64,000 bases of DNA. Source: a virus. The notes beneath the pieces are model-generated. The model saw only the letters and a program-made list of their open reading frames with translations, was not told where the DNA came from and did not search any database. A program made the translations under genes and the position numbers. The DNA lies in the IMG/VR virus record IMGVR_UViG_3300033064_001806, positions 46,364-110,363 of that record. One strand, written 5' to 3'. Below, one piece after another: positions 36,924 to 47,289 of this stretch (positions within the stretch are counted from its first letter, which is position 1; the number at the start of each line of letters is the position of its first letter).

Positions 36924-38108
36924 ATGAAAAAAATACCCTTATTCAAAGTATTCATGTCTGAAACTGCACCGAAGGCAGTTACAGAAGTTCTTACAAGTGG
37001 ATTCATCGGGCAAGGTCCAAAGGTAGAAGAGTTAGAACGTAATCTAACTTCTTACTTTGGAACTACATCGTCTCAAGTTTTAACCCTTAACTCAGCAACT
37101 TCAGCAGAACATTTAATTTATCACCTCCTCAAGAAGCCATCAAGACTTACAACAACATATGATGTGGGTGAATCTTGGTACGATTGGAGAGGCTTACAAG
37201 AAGGGGATGAAGTTCTAACAACACCACTAACTTGTACAGCTACAAATTGGCCAATATTAGCAAACGGTTTGAAAATTAAATGGGTTGATGTTGATCCAAG
37301 CACAATGAATATATCTTTAGAAGATTTGAAATTAAAGTTATCGGAAAAAACAAAGATTGTTGTTGTTGTTCATTGGGGTGGTTATCCTGTTGATTTGGTT
37401 GAACTTGAAAAAATTAGACGAGATTTTCATACTAAGTACGGTTTTCCATTTATGATAGTAGATGATTCCGCACACGCATTTGGTTCTAAGTTGGACAACA
37501 AATTAATTGGTACATTCGATACCATTTCAACTTTCTCAATGCAAGCGATTAAACACATAACTTCAATTGATGGTGGATTCTGGTTGTGTCCTTATAGCGA
37601 GTTAAACAAACGTGGTAAGCTACAAAGGTGGTATGGTATTGATAGAGAAGGATCAAGAGGAGATTTTAGATGTGAAAGTGATATAGAAGAGTGGGGATTT
37701 AAGTTTCACATGAATGATGTTTCTGCTGCGGTTGGTATAGAAAATCTAAAACACGCAAATGATATAATCAGAAAACATAGAGATAACGCTGAGTTTTATA
37801 ACAAAGAATTACAAAATATAAGTGGTGTAACACTATTAGAAAACTCTCCAAGAAAAAAATCTGCTTATTGGTTATATACAATGCGAGTAGAAAGGAGAGA
37901 CGAGTTTATGCGTTATATGAACAATTGTGGTATTGTTACAAGTAGAGTACATGAAAGAAACGATAAACATACTTGCGTTAAAGAATTCGTTACTGAATTA
38001 CCGAATATTGAAATGGTAACTAAAGATATGATATGCATTCCTGTTGGGTGGTGGGTTACAGAAGAGCAACGTGAATATATTGTTGATTGTATTAAGAGAG
38101 GTTGGTAA
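36924..38108 (+). CDS. DegT/DnrJ/EryC1/StrS sugar aminotransferase
   Basis: 'NSATSA', 'VHWGG', 'DDSAHAFG', 'FSMQAIKHITSIDGG', 'GFKFHM'. Confidence 0.92.
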   Translation: MKKIPLFKVFMSETAPKAVTEVLTSGFIGQGPKVEELERNLTSYFGTTSSQVLTLNSATSAEHLIYHLLKKPSRLTTTYDVGESWYDWRGLQEGDEVLTTPLTCTATNWPILANGLKIKWVDVDPSTMNISLEDLKLKLSEKTKIVVVVHWGGYPVDLVELEKIRRDFHTKYGFPFMIVDDSAHAFGSKLDNKLIGTFDTISTFSMQAIKHITSIDGGFWLCPYSELNKRGKLQRWYGIDREGSRGDFRCESDIEEWGFKFHMNDVSAAVGIENLKHANDIIRKHRDNAEFYNKELQNISGVTLLENSPRKKSAYWLYTMRVERRDEFMRYMNNCGIVTSRVHERNDKHTCVKEFVTELPNIEMVTKDMICIPVGWWVTEEQREYIVDCIKRGW

Positions 38109-38335
38109 TGCAACATAATACTCCGGTAGATTTAAAATCATCTGTTAGTGATGTTGTTGGAAATTATGTAACTCAAATAATTCATTTTATTGGTGGAGAT
38201 AAAAGAACATTTCACAATATAGAATCTGCTAGTATTCGCCAAGGGCAATTCACAAAATTCAAACAAAAAGATGGCACTTGGATAATGATTAATGATAGAA
38301 ATGTTTTATGTATAGAAGTTTTTAATCAGGAATAA
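38108..38335 (+). CDS. hypothetical protein
   Basis: Short ORF within the operon. Confidence 0.55.
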   Translation: MQHNTPVDLKSSVSDVVGNYVTQIIHFIGGDKRTFHNIESASIRQGQFTKFKQKDGTWIMINDRNVLCIEVFNQE

Positions 38336-38337
38336 CA

Positions 38338-38904
38338 ATGATTGGATGGAATGAAGAAATAAAAAAAGAATTAGGGTACTGTGGTAATAATGTATTTATA
38401 GGACATAATGTTGTATTCACAAATCCAAAAGAAGTTTACCTAAGTGATAATGTTAGAATAGATCCATTTACCTTAATAACAACTAAATTAAAAGTTGGAA
38501 GTTATGTTCAAATTTGTTCTCATGCAGTTCTTGGTGGTGGTGCTTCTCACACAATTACGTTAGGTGATTGGACTTTCATAGGGTATGGTTCTAAATTATT
38601 CTGTGCTTCTGAAGATTATAGTGGGGAATTTGGCCCAGTCAATGAGTTTTGGGGAAGTAATAAAATATTCAGAGGTGATATTACGTTGAGTAATCACTCA
38701 GGTATTGCTTCCGATACAATGTTATTTCCAGGTGTTCATCTTCCAGAAGGATGTACAATCGGTGCTAAAAGTTTTGTTTATCCTAAAGTTGAACTAACCG
38801 AATGGAGTGTTTGGATTGGAAATCCTTTGAAGTTTCATAAAACAAGAAACAAAGAGAACGTACTTAAATTTGCACAAGATGATGAATTTTTAAAGAAACA
38901 TTAG
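38338..38904 (+). CDS. hexapeptide-repeat acyltransferase
   Basis: 'CGNNVFIG', 'DNVRIDPF', 'GCTIGAKS', 'GNP'. Confidence 0.85.
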   Translation: MIGWNEEIKKELGYCGNNVFIGHNVVFTNPKEVYLSDNVRIDPFTLITTKLKVGSYVQICSHAVLGGGASHTITLGDWTFIGYGSKLFCASEDYSGEFGPVNEFWGSNKIFRGDITLSNHSGIASDTMLFPGVHLPEGCTIGAKSFVYPKVELTEWSVWIGNPLKFHKTRNKENVLKFAQDDEFLKKH

Positions 38905-38914
38905 AATAAAATAT

Positions 38915-39661
38915 ATGAAGTGTTGTAAAGTAATATGCTTTTGGTTTGGTTGGAGAAGAAAAAGTAGTAATAATGTTGAGAATATTACTCAGCTAGTTCC
39001 TGCAATAATAGATACGGAACTTAATATAGAAAATGGAATTGATACTGATGTTTTGTTTGTTGTGAATAAATCTAATACAGAACTAGATAACTCACTTGAT
39101 CAGTATGAAGGAATGAAAACAAAGAATGGTACTATTAAAGTTATTAAACGAGATAACATTGGTTTGTCATTTGGTGCATATCTTACAACATTTTCAAAAT
39201 TGAAAGATGAATATGATTATTGGTTTTTCTCTGAAGATGATGTAATAATTTATCACGAAAATTATATGAAATCATTCGTAGATTTTTGGGAAAAAAATAA
39301 AGAGCAATTGGGATTTATCGCTTTAGCACCTATAAGTAATTACGGAAAATTACATTGTGGTGGTGGATGTGGATTGGTTTCTACCGATTGGATGAAACAA
39401 ACATATACTGATTCTGATATAGACCGTATTATAGATTCGTATTCCAAGTTTGAAGAACAGTATGATATTGCAGATTCTACATTGGGTAGTGAAAATGTGG
39501 AGATACGTTTTTCAAATGCATTTGTTCACGATGGAAAAACTATAATGAATCATTCCGAATATTCACCACTCGCAGCTAATTACAGACACCATAATAGTCA
39601 AAGAGCGTTTGAAAGCGCAGAGAATTTAAGTAAAACTTTTATATACACAGTTGGGGATTGA
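38915..39661 (+). CDS. GT-A-like glycosyltransferase
   Basis: 'RDNIGLSFGAY', 'YWFFSEDD'. Confidence 0.55.
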   Translation: MKCCKVICFWFGWRRKSSNNVENITQLVPAIIDTELNIENGIDTDVLFVVNKSNTELDNSLDQYEGMKTKNGTIKVIKRDNIGLSFGAYLTTFSKLKDEYDYWFFSEDDVIIYHENYMKSFVDFWEKNKEQLGFIALAPISNYGKLHCGGGCGLVSTDWMKQTYTDSDIDRIIDSYSKFEEQYDIADSTLGSENVEIRFSNAFVHDGKTIMNHSEYSPLAANYRHHNSQRAFESAENLSKTFIYTVGD

Positions 39662-39662
39662 T

Positions 39663-40535
39663 ATGAAAAATTATTTCACAGAAAAAACAGCAATGGATAT
39701 TCCTTGGATTGAATCTCCTTTTTTTGAAAAAATATTAAACAATTCAGATTACACTGAAGAAGAAAGAGAAACTTTAATAAAGTATAATAAAGATGGGTAT
39801 ATTGTAATTGATTTAGAATTAGATGATAATTTTATTAGTAATTTAATTAGTGGCGTTCAAGATGAATTAAATAAATTACCAACTCAAGATTCAAGATACC
39901 ACTACTCAGATTCACCTAGAGTTTTTGAAGCATGGAGAATTAACCCGTATGTTTTAGATTTAGCAAAGCATCCTAAGATATTGAAAACACTTGAGTTTCT
40001 TTATAATAAAAAACCAGTTCCGTTTCAAACTATAAATTTTTTGAAGGGTAGTAATCAACCATTACATCAAGACTCTATTCATTTTTATACTCAACCGGAA
40101 AGATGGATGGTTGGAACTTGGACTGCGTTAGAAGATATGAGTGAACTAAATGGTCCATTGAATATAGTACCAGGTAGTCACAGACATCCACATTACAACT
40201 TTCAAAACTTAAATTTACCAGTGGTTGAGTTTGGAAATCAATTTGAAAATTACGCTGAGTATGAAAACTTTCTTATTCATTTAGTAGAAACAATGAGTGA
40301 GAACAAGAAACAATGGATAGGTAAAAAAGGTCAAACATTAATTTGGGCTGCTAATTTATTACACGGCGGTGCTGAAATTATTGATAAAAATTTAACACGT
40401 CATTCACAGGCTACTCATTTTTACTTTGAAGGTTGTAACCATTACTACTCTCCTTTATTCTCAGACGCTACTAACGGAATATATTCAGATAAAGACTTAA
40501 CAAACAAAGATATATTAAATCATATAATTGGGTGA
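39663..40535 (+). CDS. PhyH-like Fe(II)/2-oxoglutarate dioxygenase
   Basis: 'HQD', 'W.ALED...NGPL..VPGSH', 'LLHGG', 'TR.S'. Confidence 0.88.
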   Translation: MKNYFTEKTAMDIPWIESPFFEKILNNSDYTEEERETLIKYNKDGYIVIDLELDDNFISNLISGVQDELNKLPTQDSRYHYSDSPRVFEAWRINPYVLDLAKHPKILKTLEFLYNKKPVPFQTINFLKGSNQPLHQDSIHFYTQPERWMVGTWTALEDMSELNGPLNIVPGSHRHPHYNFQNLNLPVVEFGNQFENYAEYENFLIHLVETMSENKKQWIGKKGQTLIWAANLLHGGAEIIDKNLTRHSQATHFYFEGCNHYYSPLFSDATNGIYSDKDLTNKDILNHIIG

Positions 40536-40538
40536 TGT

Positions 40539-41180
40539 ATGGCAAAGATAGTTTTTTTAGGCGGTACAGGTGGACTTGGTTCAAAAGTTATAGAACATTT
40601 AGGAACACATACTATAAAGCCAGTTGGTTCTAGGTTGGTTAATCTTGAAGAAGAATTAGAAATACAAAAATACTTTAACAGTAATACAGATTTAGATGTA
40701 CTTGTTATTTTTTCCAATTATAACTTTAATTCTTTCCTGCATAAGTACAAAGAAAATCAACAAGAGTTAAACAAACAGATAGCAATAAATATTGGAGGTG
40801 TTACTACTTGTATAGCAAACGCACTACCAAATATGAGAGAAAGAAATTTCGGTAGAATAATCCTTGCTTCAAGTATAACGGTTGATAATAATGTTATTGG
40901 TACATCCTTATATGCAGCAGCAAAAGCATACTATGAAAATATTGTAAAAACAATTTGTATTGAAAATGCACAAAAAGGAATAACTGCAAACTGCATTCAG
41001 TTGGGGTATATGGACGGTGGATTAACATATACATTGGAAGAAGAATTTCTAAAGAGTACTATTAAATCAATACCTACTAAAAGACTTGGTACACCAGAAG
41101 AAATAGCAATGACTATTGAATTTCTAATAAATAATCCGTATATTAATGGGACTACTATTAAATTAACAGGTGGTTTATAA
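40539..41180 (+). CDS. short-chain dehydrogenase/reductase
   Basis: 'GGTGGLG', 'YAAAK', 'YINGTTIKLTGG'. Confidence 0.9.
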   Translation: MAKIVFLGGTGGLGSKVIEHLGTHTIKPVGSRLVNLEEELEIQKYFNSNTDLDVLVIFSNYNFNSFLHKYKENQQELNKQIAINIGGVTTCIANALPNMRERNFGRIILASSITVDNNVIGTSLYAAAKAYYENIVKTICIENAQKGITANCIQLGYMDGGLTYTLEEEFLKSTIKSIPTKRLGTPEEIAMTIEFLINNPYINGTTIKLTGGL

Positions 41181-42157
41181 TGTTGTATTATCGTATACTA
41201 GATGATAAAGTTGTAGTGACGGATGAAGTTCATTACTTATTGTTTTCCAAAGAAGATAAAGAAAAACATTCTGTTCCAGGATTACCAGACGATTATGATG
41301 GATGGTTTCCTTTTTTAAGAATGTGCCACACTATTGGAGATTACGCAATAACAAGTGGAATCTTTGAAGCGTTGAAAACAAAATATCCTAAGATACAAAT
41401 AGCGTTACCAACTGATGAATATTTATTTAAGTTTTTTGGTGAAGCGGGTTTGGAATATTATTCATCTGGAACTAATAATGGTTTACAAAATTTTCATATT
41501 GTTAATGCTAATAATCCACATATAGATTATTATTATAACTTCGGAGAATTTGAAAATATATTTACAGATCACGAAAGATGTTATACGAGTTTAGTTAAAA
41601 GACCAAATGGTGATATTCGTTCATGTGATGAACCTTTAGCAGAGCAAATACTTCGTAGGTTTGGGTTCACAGAAGAAGAGTTAAAAACCATTGATAGCAG
41701 ACCTAAGTTATACTTTTCCAATGAAGAAAAAGAAAAGGGTGATGCATTTATTAAATCACATATGGGAAATTCTGAGTATGGTTGTTTATTATTTTCTGCA
41801 AGAATAGAAGAGTATCGTAATGAATGGGAATACGATACTGAGTTATTCAATGCGTCTGAACAATATTCCGATTATCCTGTGTTTTATTATGCCAACGCTT
41901 TTGATTTAGAAACAACAAAGTGGAAGAAACGATTTAATACTGCTATTGATTTCTCTAAAACAGATTTAACAATACGTGAACAACTTTATGTTAAGAGTAA
42001 AGCAAAATTTAATATCGGTTATCAAGCAGGAGTTACCGATGCAATATCAGGAACAAATACAGAATGTCATGTTCTAACTCCATACTATAACATTGCGGAA
42101 TGTTGTATTAGAGGAGTTACTTATTATTTCTCAGACGGTTCAATTAAAAGGTTTTAA
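41180..42157 (+). CDS. GT9/heptosyltransferase-like glycosyltransferase
   Basis: 'IGD......ALKTKYP', 'NNPHID', 'IREQL..K..A..NIG'; paralog of the next gene. Confidence 0.6.
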   Translation: MLYYRILDDKVVVTDEVHYLLFSKEDKEKHSVPGLPDDYDGWFPFLRMCHTIGDYAITSGIFEALKTKYPKIQIALPTDEYLFKFFGEAGLEYYSSGTNNGLQNFHIVNANNPHIDYYYNFGEFENIFTDHERCYTSLVKRPNGDIRSCDEPLAEQILRRFGFTEEELKTIDSRPKLYFSNEEKEKGDAFIKSHMGNSEYGCLLFSARIEEYRNEWEYDTELFNASEQYSDYPVFYYANAFDLETTKWKKRFNTAIDFSKTDLTIREQLYVKSKAKFNIGYQAGVTDAISGTNTECHVLTPYYNIAECCIRGVTYYFSDGSIKRF

Positions 42158-42159
42158 TT

Positions 42160-43071
42160 ATGGCGATTTTTTATAGAATATATGATAACACAATTAGACA
42201 CGCATTTGAAACTGACAAACTTGGTTTTGATGTAAATGATCCATCTTATATACCAGATGAATATTTAGAAAATAAAAAGTTCATTGTATTAAGAACTTGT
42301 AACTCATTGGGTGATTGGGGAATTATATCAGCAATGCCTCGATTGTTAAAGAAGAAATATCCAGATTGCGAAGTGTATGTACCATCTGTTAATTTATTAA
42401 CTAATATGTTTGCAGGTAGAAACACATGGAATCAATGGAATAATCCATTTGAGAATGTTGAGCAAATATTTCATAACAATCCATGGGTTGATGGATTCAT
42501 AGATAATATAGATGATGAAGTTTTCCACGATCATTATAGAATATATGATTTAGATAATCCAGAAGTGCCACTTGTAAAACAAATGTTAAAGTTTTGGCAA
42601 TTCACAGATTCAGAAATGGAAGATTATTTACCAGAGATTTATTTCACACAGGAAGAAATACAATTAGGAAATGAAATAATAAATTCTTATATTGGTGGAA
42701 ATGAGTTTGGATCATTGTTATTGGCTAATACTACACAAGATTTTTATGACGATAATATAAATGAATTACTTATTAGTGCTTTAGAATTATACAAAGATTT
42801 ACCTTTCTTCTATTATGGAAGTAAAGACATAAATGAAACTATGTTTAATTTTGTTAATGTTAAAGGAAACTTCAAGGATATAGAAATTCCACTAAGAGTT
42901 CAGTTATATATAAAGTCAAGAGCAATTGTTAATATTGGTTATCACAGCGGTATTAATGATATATTATGTAGATACACAAATGTAATATGCACACCAATGT
43001 ACCCAACGAGCAAAGAAACTATAAGAGAAAATTATTTACACACTATAAATTATTTACGTTATGATCTTTAA
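42160..43071 (+). CDS. GT9/heptosyltransferase-like glycosyltransferase
   Basis: 'LGD......LLKKKYP', 'NNPWVD', 'PEIYFT.EE'. Confidence 0.6.
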   Translation: MAIFYRIYDNTIRHAFETDKLGFDVNDPSYIPDEYLENKKFIVLRTCNSLGDWGIISAMPRLLKKKYPDCEVYVPSVNLLTNMFAGRNTWNQWNNPFENVEQIFHNNPWVDGFIDNIDDEVFHDHYRIYDLDNPEVPLVKQMLKFWQFTDSEMEDYLPEIYFTQEEIQLGNEIINSYIGGNEFGSLLLANTTQDFYDDNINELLISALELYKDLPFFYYGSKDINETMFNFVNVKGNFKDIEIPLRVQLYIKSRAIVNIGYHSGINDILCRYTNVICTPMYPTSKETIRENYLHTINYLRYDL

Positions 43072-43618
43072 TGAACCAAATATTGAATCGAGTTATTCTA
43101 TAAATAATTTAGGGCGTACCATTTACCAAACAGTTTTGGATTACAAACCAGAACGAGTTATTGAATTTGGTGCACTCTATGGTTATTCTACTATTTGTAT
43201 TGCGTCTGCTCTGAGGGAACTTGGTAGGGGTAAACTTGTATGTTATGACATTTGGGACAAGTATCAATACAAACACGCATCTATAAATGAAACTTATGCT
43301 AATGTTATTAAGTATGATTTAACTGACTATGTTGAATTACAGGAAATGGATTTTTATGAATGGGTATCGAACCCAACTGATTTTGATTTAATGCATTTGG
43401 ATATTTCTAACGATGGTTCTACAATTGAATTAGTTCATGATTCACTTATTAAGAACAGAAAGTCCGGTGTAGTTTTATTTGAAGGTGGTACGGTTGAACG
43501 AGATAATGTTGAATGGATGATTAAGTACAATAAAAAACCATTCAGTTCAATACAGAAAAAAGTTCAGTATGAAATTGTTAACCCTATGTTTCCTTCACTT
43601 TCCAAAATAGTTTTATGA
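43061..43618 (+). CDS. class I SAM-dependent methyltransferase (Methyltransf_24-like)
   Basis: 'VIEFGALYGYST', 'YDIW', 'DLMHLD'. Confidence 0.8.
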   Translation: MIFNEPNIESSYSINNLGRTIYQTVLDYKPERVIEFGALYGYSTICIASALRELGRGKLVCYDIWDKYQYKHASINETYANVIKYDLTDYVELQEMDFYEWVSNPTDFDLMHLDISNDGSTIELVHDSLIKNRKSGVVLFEGGTVERDNVEWMIKYNKKPFSSIQKKVQYEIVNPMFPSLSKIVL

Positions 43619-44532
43619 AAATAGCGTTCTTTACAGAAATGGAGTTCAACGGTAAGATACTAAGAACACATGAAAATATGAGAACTGAATTTGCTTGGAT
43701 GTGTGCATTGAATGCAACTCATTATACCATTGGTCAAATTCCAAATGAAGAATATGATTTGGGTGTAATTATTATTCCTAAGAATAATCCAAACTTTAAT
43801 ATAGATGACTTAAAATCAAGTTGTAAGCAAGTAGCAATAATGCAAGAAGGACCAAATTGGTTCTGGCAAGATTATGATTTAGCAAAACAGATTTGGTATT
43901 TTAACACATTAACTTCAGCAGATATTATATTTACTCACAATAAAGTTGATCAAACGTATTATCAAGGATTAACTTCCCATCCCGATGTTCGTGTGTTACC
44001 ATCACTCATGATAGAAGAAGCAGTTGGTAATATTCCAAGTGTAGAAAGAAGTGGTGTTATAATAGGTGGTAATTTTGTATCTTGGTATGGTGGATTTGAT
44101 TCATATATAATTGCTTCTGATTTAAGTGATGAAATCCATGCACCATCTATGGGCAGACGGCAAGAAGGTGAAGAAAATTTAATCAAACACTTACCTTACA
44201 TGAATTGGAAAGAATGGATTCACACACTAAATAAATTTAAGTGGGGTGTTCATTTAATGCGAACTCATGCAGCGGGTACGTTTTCATTGAATTGTTCTTA
44301 TCTTGGTATTCCTTGTATTGGTTATAACGGATTAGACACGCAAGAAATACTTCACCCAAACCTTACAGTTGATATTGGAGATTTACAAACAGCACGTAAG
44401 TTAGCATTAGAATTAAAGAAAGATAGCGATTTTTATAAAGAGCAGAGTGATATTACTAAAAAAATGTATAAGGAGTTTTATAGTGAAGATAAGTTTTATT
44501 CAACCTTCAAGAAACAATTTAAAATATCTTAA
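43615..44532 (+). CDS. GT-B-like glycosyltransferase
   Basis: 'AGTFSLNCSYLGIPCIG' C-terminal GT-B motif; operon context. Confidence 0.6.
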   Translation: MKIAFFTEMEFNGKILRTHENMRTEFAWMCALNATHYTIGQIPNEEYDLGVIIIPKNNPNFNIDDLKSSCKQVAIMQEGPNWFWQDYDLAKQIWYFNTLTSADIIFTHNKVDQTYYQGLTSHPDVRVLPSLMIEEAVGNIPSVERSGVIIGGNFVSWYGGFDSYIIASDLSDEIHAPSMGRRQEGEENLIKHLPYMNWKEWIHTLNKFKWGVHLMRTHAAGTFSLNCSYLGIPCIGYNGLDTQEILHPNLTVDIGDLQTARKLALELKKDSDFYKEQSDITKKMYKEFYSEDKFYSTFKKQFKIS

Positions 44533-45667
44533 ATGGTCGTATGATGCAATAAGAAAAAATCAAGGAAACCATACAGTAGAAATATGTGTAGCAGATGACT
44601 TTAGTAATGATGGTACATGGGAATGGTGTAAAAAGAAAATGGAAGTTGATTCTAACTTCAAAGCCATTCGTAATGATGGACCAACAAGAATTGGTCATAC
44701 AATTTTATACGATAAATTAATTAATGAAGTTTCTTCACATGATATATGTATGATTTATCATGCCGATATGTACCTGTGTCCAGGTGCGTTGGATTCTATT
44801 GAAAAGTATATAGCACCTAAAACTATTGTTTCACTGACGAGAATTGAACCACCACTACATCCTAAAGGTCCAGAAAAAGTTTTATTGGATTGTGGAATTG
44901 AACCAGAAGAATTTAATGAAGAAAAATTATTATCCGAATTAAATTTATTACAAATTGGTGAAAAAATAACGGAAGGTATATTCGCACCGTGGGCATTTAT
45001 GAAAGCTGATTTTCAAGAAATTGGTGGCCATGATCCATTGTATGCTCCTCAATCAAAAGAAGATAGTGATATTTTCAATAGGTTTCAATTGAACGGTGTT
45101 AAATTTATTCAAACATGGCAGGGGTTTGTATATCACATGACTTGCAGAGGAAGTAGATTTAATCCAACATTAACTGAACCAGGCAAGAATAGTTCAGAAT
45201 GGGAAGAACAAAACTTACGTTCAACTAGAAACTTTATTCGTAAGTGGGGTAGTTTTGTTTTGCATGATGAACTATTGAAACCAATAATTACTCACAAATA
45301 TGATATTGGTATAGTTCTACGTAATTGTACATTACCATTATTAGAACTGTCTGAAATATTCTGTTCAAACATTTATGTAGATTTAGATTCAGAATTGATT
45401 AAAAGCTACATAGTTAAGGAACAACCAAATACTAAGTTTGCTTTATCATATAGAATCCGTTCGATTGATGCAGAAAAAGATAATGATATTGTCTTTGAAT
45501 TTGATGGAAATAATTGGACACAACAGGTAAGAGATATGATAATACACTTACCAAATGTTTTAACTGCAAATGAAATAGAAATCGGTGAATATGAACTTGA
45601 TTTCTGTAATGTAAGTGTTAAAAAGGTAAAATACTACGAGAATAATTTGATAAAGTTGCATCAATAA
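44483..45667 (+). CDS. glycosyltransferase family 2
   Basis: GTG start after AGGAG; 'ISFIQPSRN', 'DDFSNDGT', 'HADM', 'GGHD', 'EDSD'. Confidence 0.88.
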   Translation: MKISFIQPSRNNLKYLKWSYDAIRKNQGNHTVEICVADDFSNDGTWEWCKKKMEVDSNFKAIRNDGPTRIGHTILYDKLINEVSSHDICMIYHADMYLCPGALDSIEKYIAPKTIVSLTRIEPPLHPKGPEKVLLDCGIEPEEFNEEKLLSELNLLQIGEKITEGIFAPWAFMKADFQEIGGHDPLYAPQSKEDSDIFNRFQLNGVKFIQTWQGFVYHMTCRGSRFNPTLTEPGKNSSEWEEQNLRSTRNFIRKWGSFVLHDELLKPIITHKYDIGIVLRNCTLPLLELSEIFCSNIYVDLDSELIKSYIVKEQPNTKFALSYRIRSIDAEKDNDIVFEFDGNNWTQQVRDMIIHLPNVLTANEIEIGEYELDFCNVSVKKVKYYENNLIKLHQ

Positions 45668-45717
45668 TAATTCATTATATATTTATTGGTATATGTATTA
45701 AAAAAATATGAGAGACA

Positions 45718-46077
45718 TTGATGCATCAAGTAGCAGCGCAATTAGTTCAAGTTGAAACACAGCTTCGTTTTTTTCATTGGCAAACCAAGTCATATGCACG
45801 TCATAAAGCATACGGAAAAACTTATGATGCAATTACTGGCAAGATTGATACATTTGTGGAAGTATTGATGGGTAAATATGGACGTGTTCCTGCGATGCCT
45901 ATGAAGATTTACAATAGCAATGAGAAAGATATAAATTCGTTTATAGAAGAAACCATTACATTTTTGATTGGGTTTTCTACTATGTTCGATCCAAATACTG
46001 ATTCAGATTTATTGAATATAAGAGATGAAATGTTAGCAGAGTTTAATAAGCTCAAATATTTGATTACATTAAAATAA
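45718..46077 (+). CDS. ferritin/Dps-like four-helix protein (DUF5856-like)
   Basis: 'HWQTKSYARHKA...D.FVE', 'LLNIRDEM....KYL'. Confidence 0.7.
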   Translation: MMHQVAAQLVQVETQLRFFHWQTKSYARHKAYGKTYDAITGKIDTFVEVLMGKYGRVPAMPMKIYNSNEKDINSFIEETITFLIGFSTMFDPNTDSDLLNIRDEMLAEFNKLKYLITLK

Positions 46078-46088
46078 TAAGAGGTGTT

Positions 46089-46271
46089 ATGATGAATGAA
46101 GAAATTAGAAACAAAGAATCAAAGGGGTTCGGTGATACTATTGCTAAAGTTACAAATGCATTAGGTTTAGATAAAGTTGCTGAAACAGTAGCACATGCAG
46201 TTGGTAAAGAAGATTGCGGTTGCAATAAAAGAAAAGAAAAATTAAATGATATGTTTCCATACAATAGATGA
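46089..46271 (+). CDS. small hypothetical protein
   Basis: 'SKGFGDTIAK...DCGC..RKEKLN..FPY'. Confidence 0.6.
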   Translation: MMNEEIRNKESKGFGDTIAKVTNALGLDKVAETVAHAVGKEDCGCNKRKEKLNDMFPYNR

Positions 46272-46462
46272 CACCTAAATCTATACATAAGATAGCTACT
46301 AAGATGGATGTAGCATGGGATGGCGATAAAAATTTTATGTCATGGTGTCAGACAATTGTTGGTAAAGAACATTTAGATGATATGTCAGAAGTTGAACTCA
46401 TTATGATTTACAATAGATTAAAAAATGGTAAATTTCCAGAATCACTAAGAGCAAATGAATAA
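46268..46462 (+). CDS. hypothetical protein
   Basis: 64-aa ORF overlapping both neighbours. Confidence 0.55.
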   Translation: MTPKSIHKIATKMDVAWDGDKNFMSWCQTIVGKEHLDDMSEVELIMIYNRLKNGKFPESLRANE

Positions 46463-46886
46463 TATCAATTACATAACACCTGAAGAATTGTCTAATATAA
46501 AGAAGCCAGCAGCGTCAGGTGTACTTGTTATGAATAGTGCCGATGAGTTTCTTTTAACAAAAAGAACTTCAAAAGCACAATATCTTGGTGGGTATTGGTC
46601 AGTACCGTCTGGCGAATCAAACGTAAATGAATTAGAATCTTTAGAAGATTGTGCTCGCAGAGAGTTCTTTGAAGAAACAACACACACTATACCAAAGAAT
46701 GAAAAAATAATATGTATTGATAGATACTACGCTGATGAAAGATTATACTTTCTTTTTTTATACAGAACTAAAAGTAGATTTTTTATAAAGATAGATTGGG
46801 AACATGAAGATTTGGGTTGGTTTACCAAAGACAATTTGCCGCAACCGATTGCTCCTCAAATTTTAGATGGAATTAATAGGATATAA
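46455..46886 (+). CDS. Nudix hydrolase
   Basis: 'WSVPSG...ESLEDCARREFFEET', 'EH...GWF'. Confidence 0.88.
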   Translation: MNNINYITPEELSNIKKPAASGVLVMNSADEFLLTKRTSKAQYLGGYWSVPSGESNVNELESLEDCARREFFEETTHTIPKNEKIICIDRYYADERLYFLFLYRTKSRFFIKIDWEHEDLGWFTKDNLPQPIAPQILDGINRI

Positions 46887-46887
46887 A

Positions 46888-47232
46888 ATGAAAAATAAAA
46901 ATCCATATAAAGAAATTAATGACGCTAATTATATAATAGATATGATGAGAGAGGATGTATTTGGACATAGAGTAACTATGGTAACTGCTAAAGATACTAA
47001 CAAATTGAAAAATAAGTTATATCAGCCAACTACTGATGCAGAGAAAGAAGATTTTGTTGCAATAGTCGAACCGATTATGAATAGAAAATCTTACATTTCA
47101 AAGGAAAGAGATCCAAACTTAGATTCATTTATAGATATTGATACGAGAGTAAGTCAACAAGATTTTACAGGTGAACCTGATATGGATGAATTAGATTTTG
47201 ATGAATTGCTTGGTGATGAAGATTTAGATTAA
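46888..47232 (+). CDS. hypothetical protein with acidic C-terminus
   Basis: Ends 'EPDMDELDFDELLGDEDLD'. Confidence 0.55.
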   Translation: MKNKNPYKEINDANYIIDMMREDVFGHRVTMVTAKDTNKLKNKLYQPTTDAEKEDFVAIVEPIMNRKSYISKERDPNLDSFIDIDTRVSQQDFTGEPDMDELDFDELLGDEDLD

Positions 47233-47261
47233 GATGTATTGTTTATTTAATAAATTTTTAG

Positions 47262-47269
47262 TATATTTG
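47262..47269 (+). promoter_or_regulatory. -7 promoter element TATATTTG
   Basis: Intergenic. Confidence 0.5.
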
Positions 47270-47289
47270 TAACCTCATTGGAGAGTATA

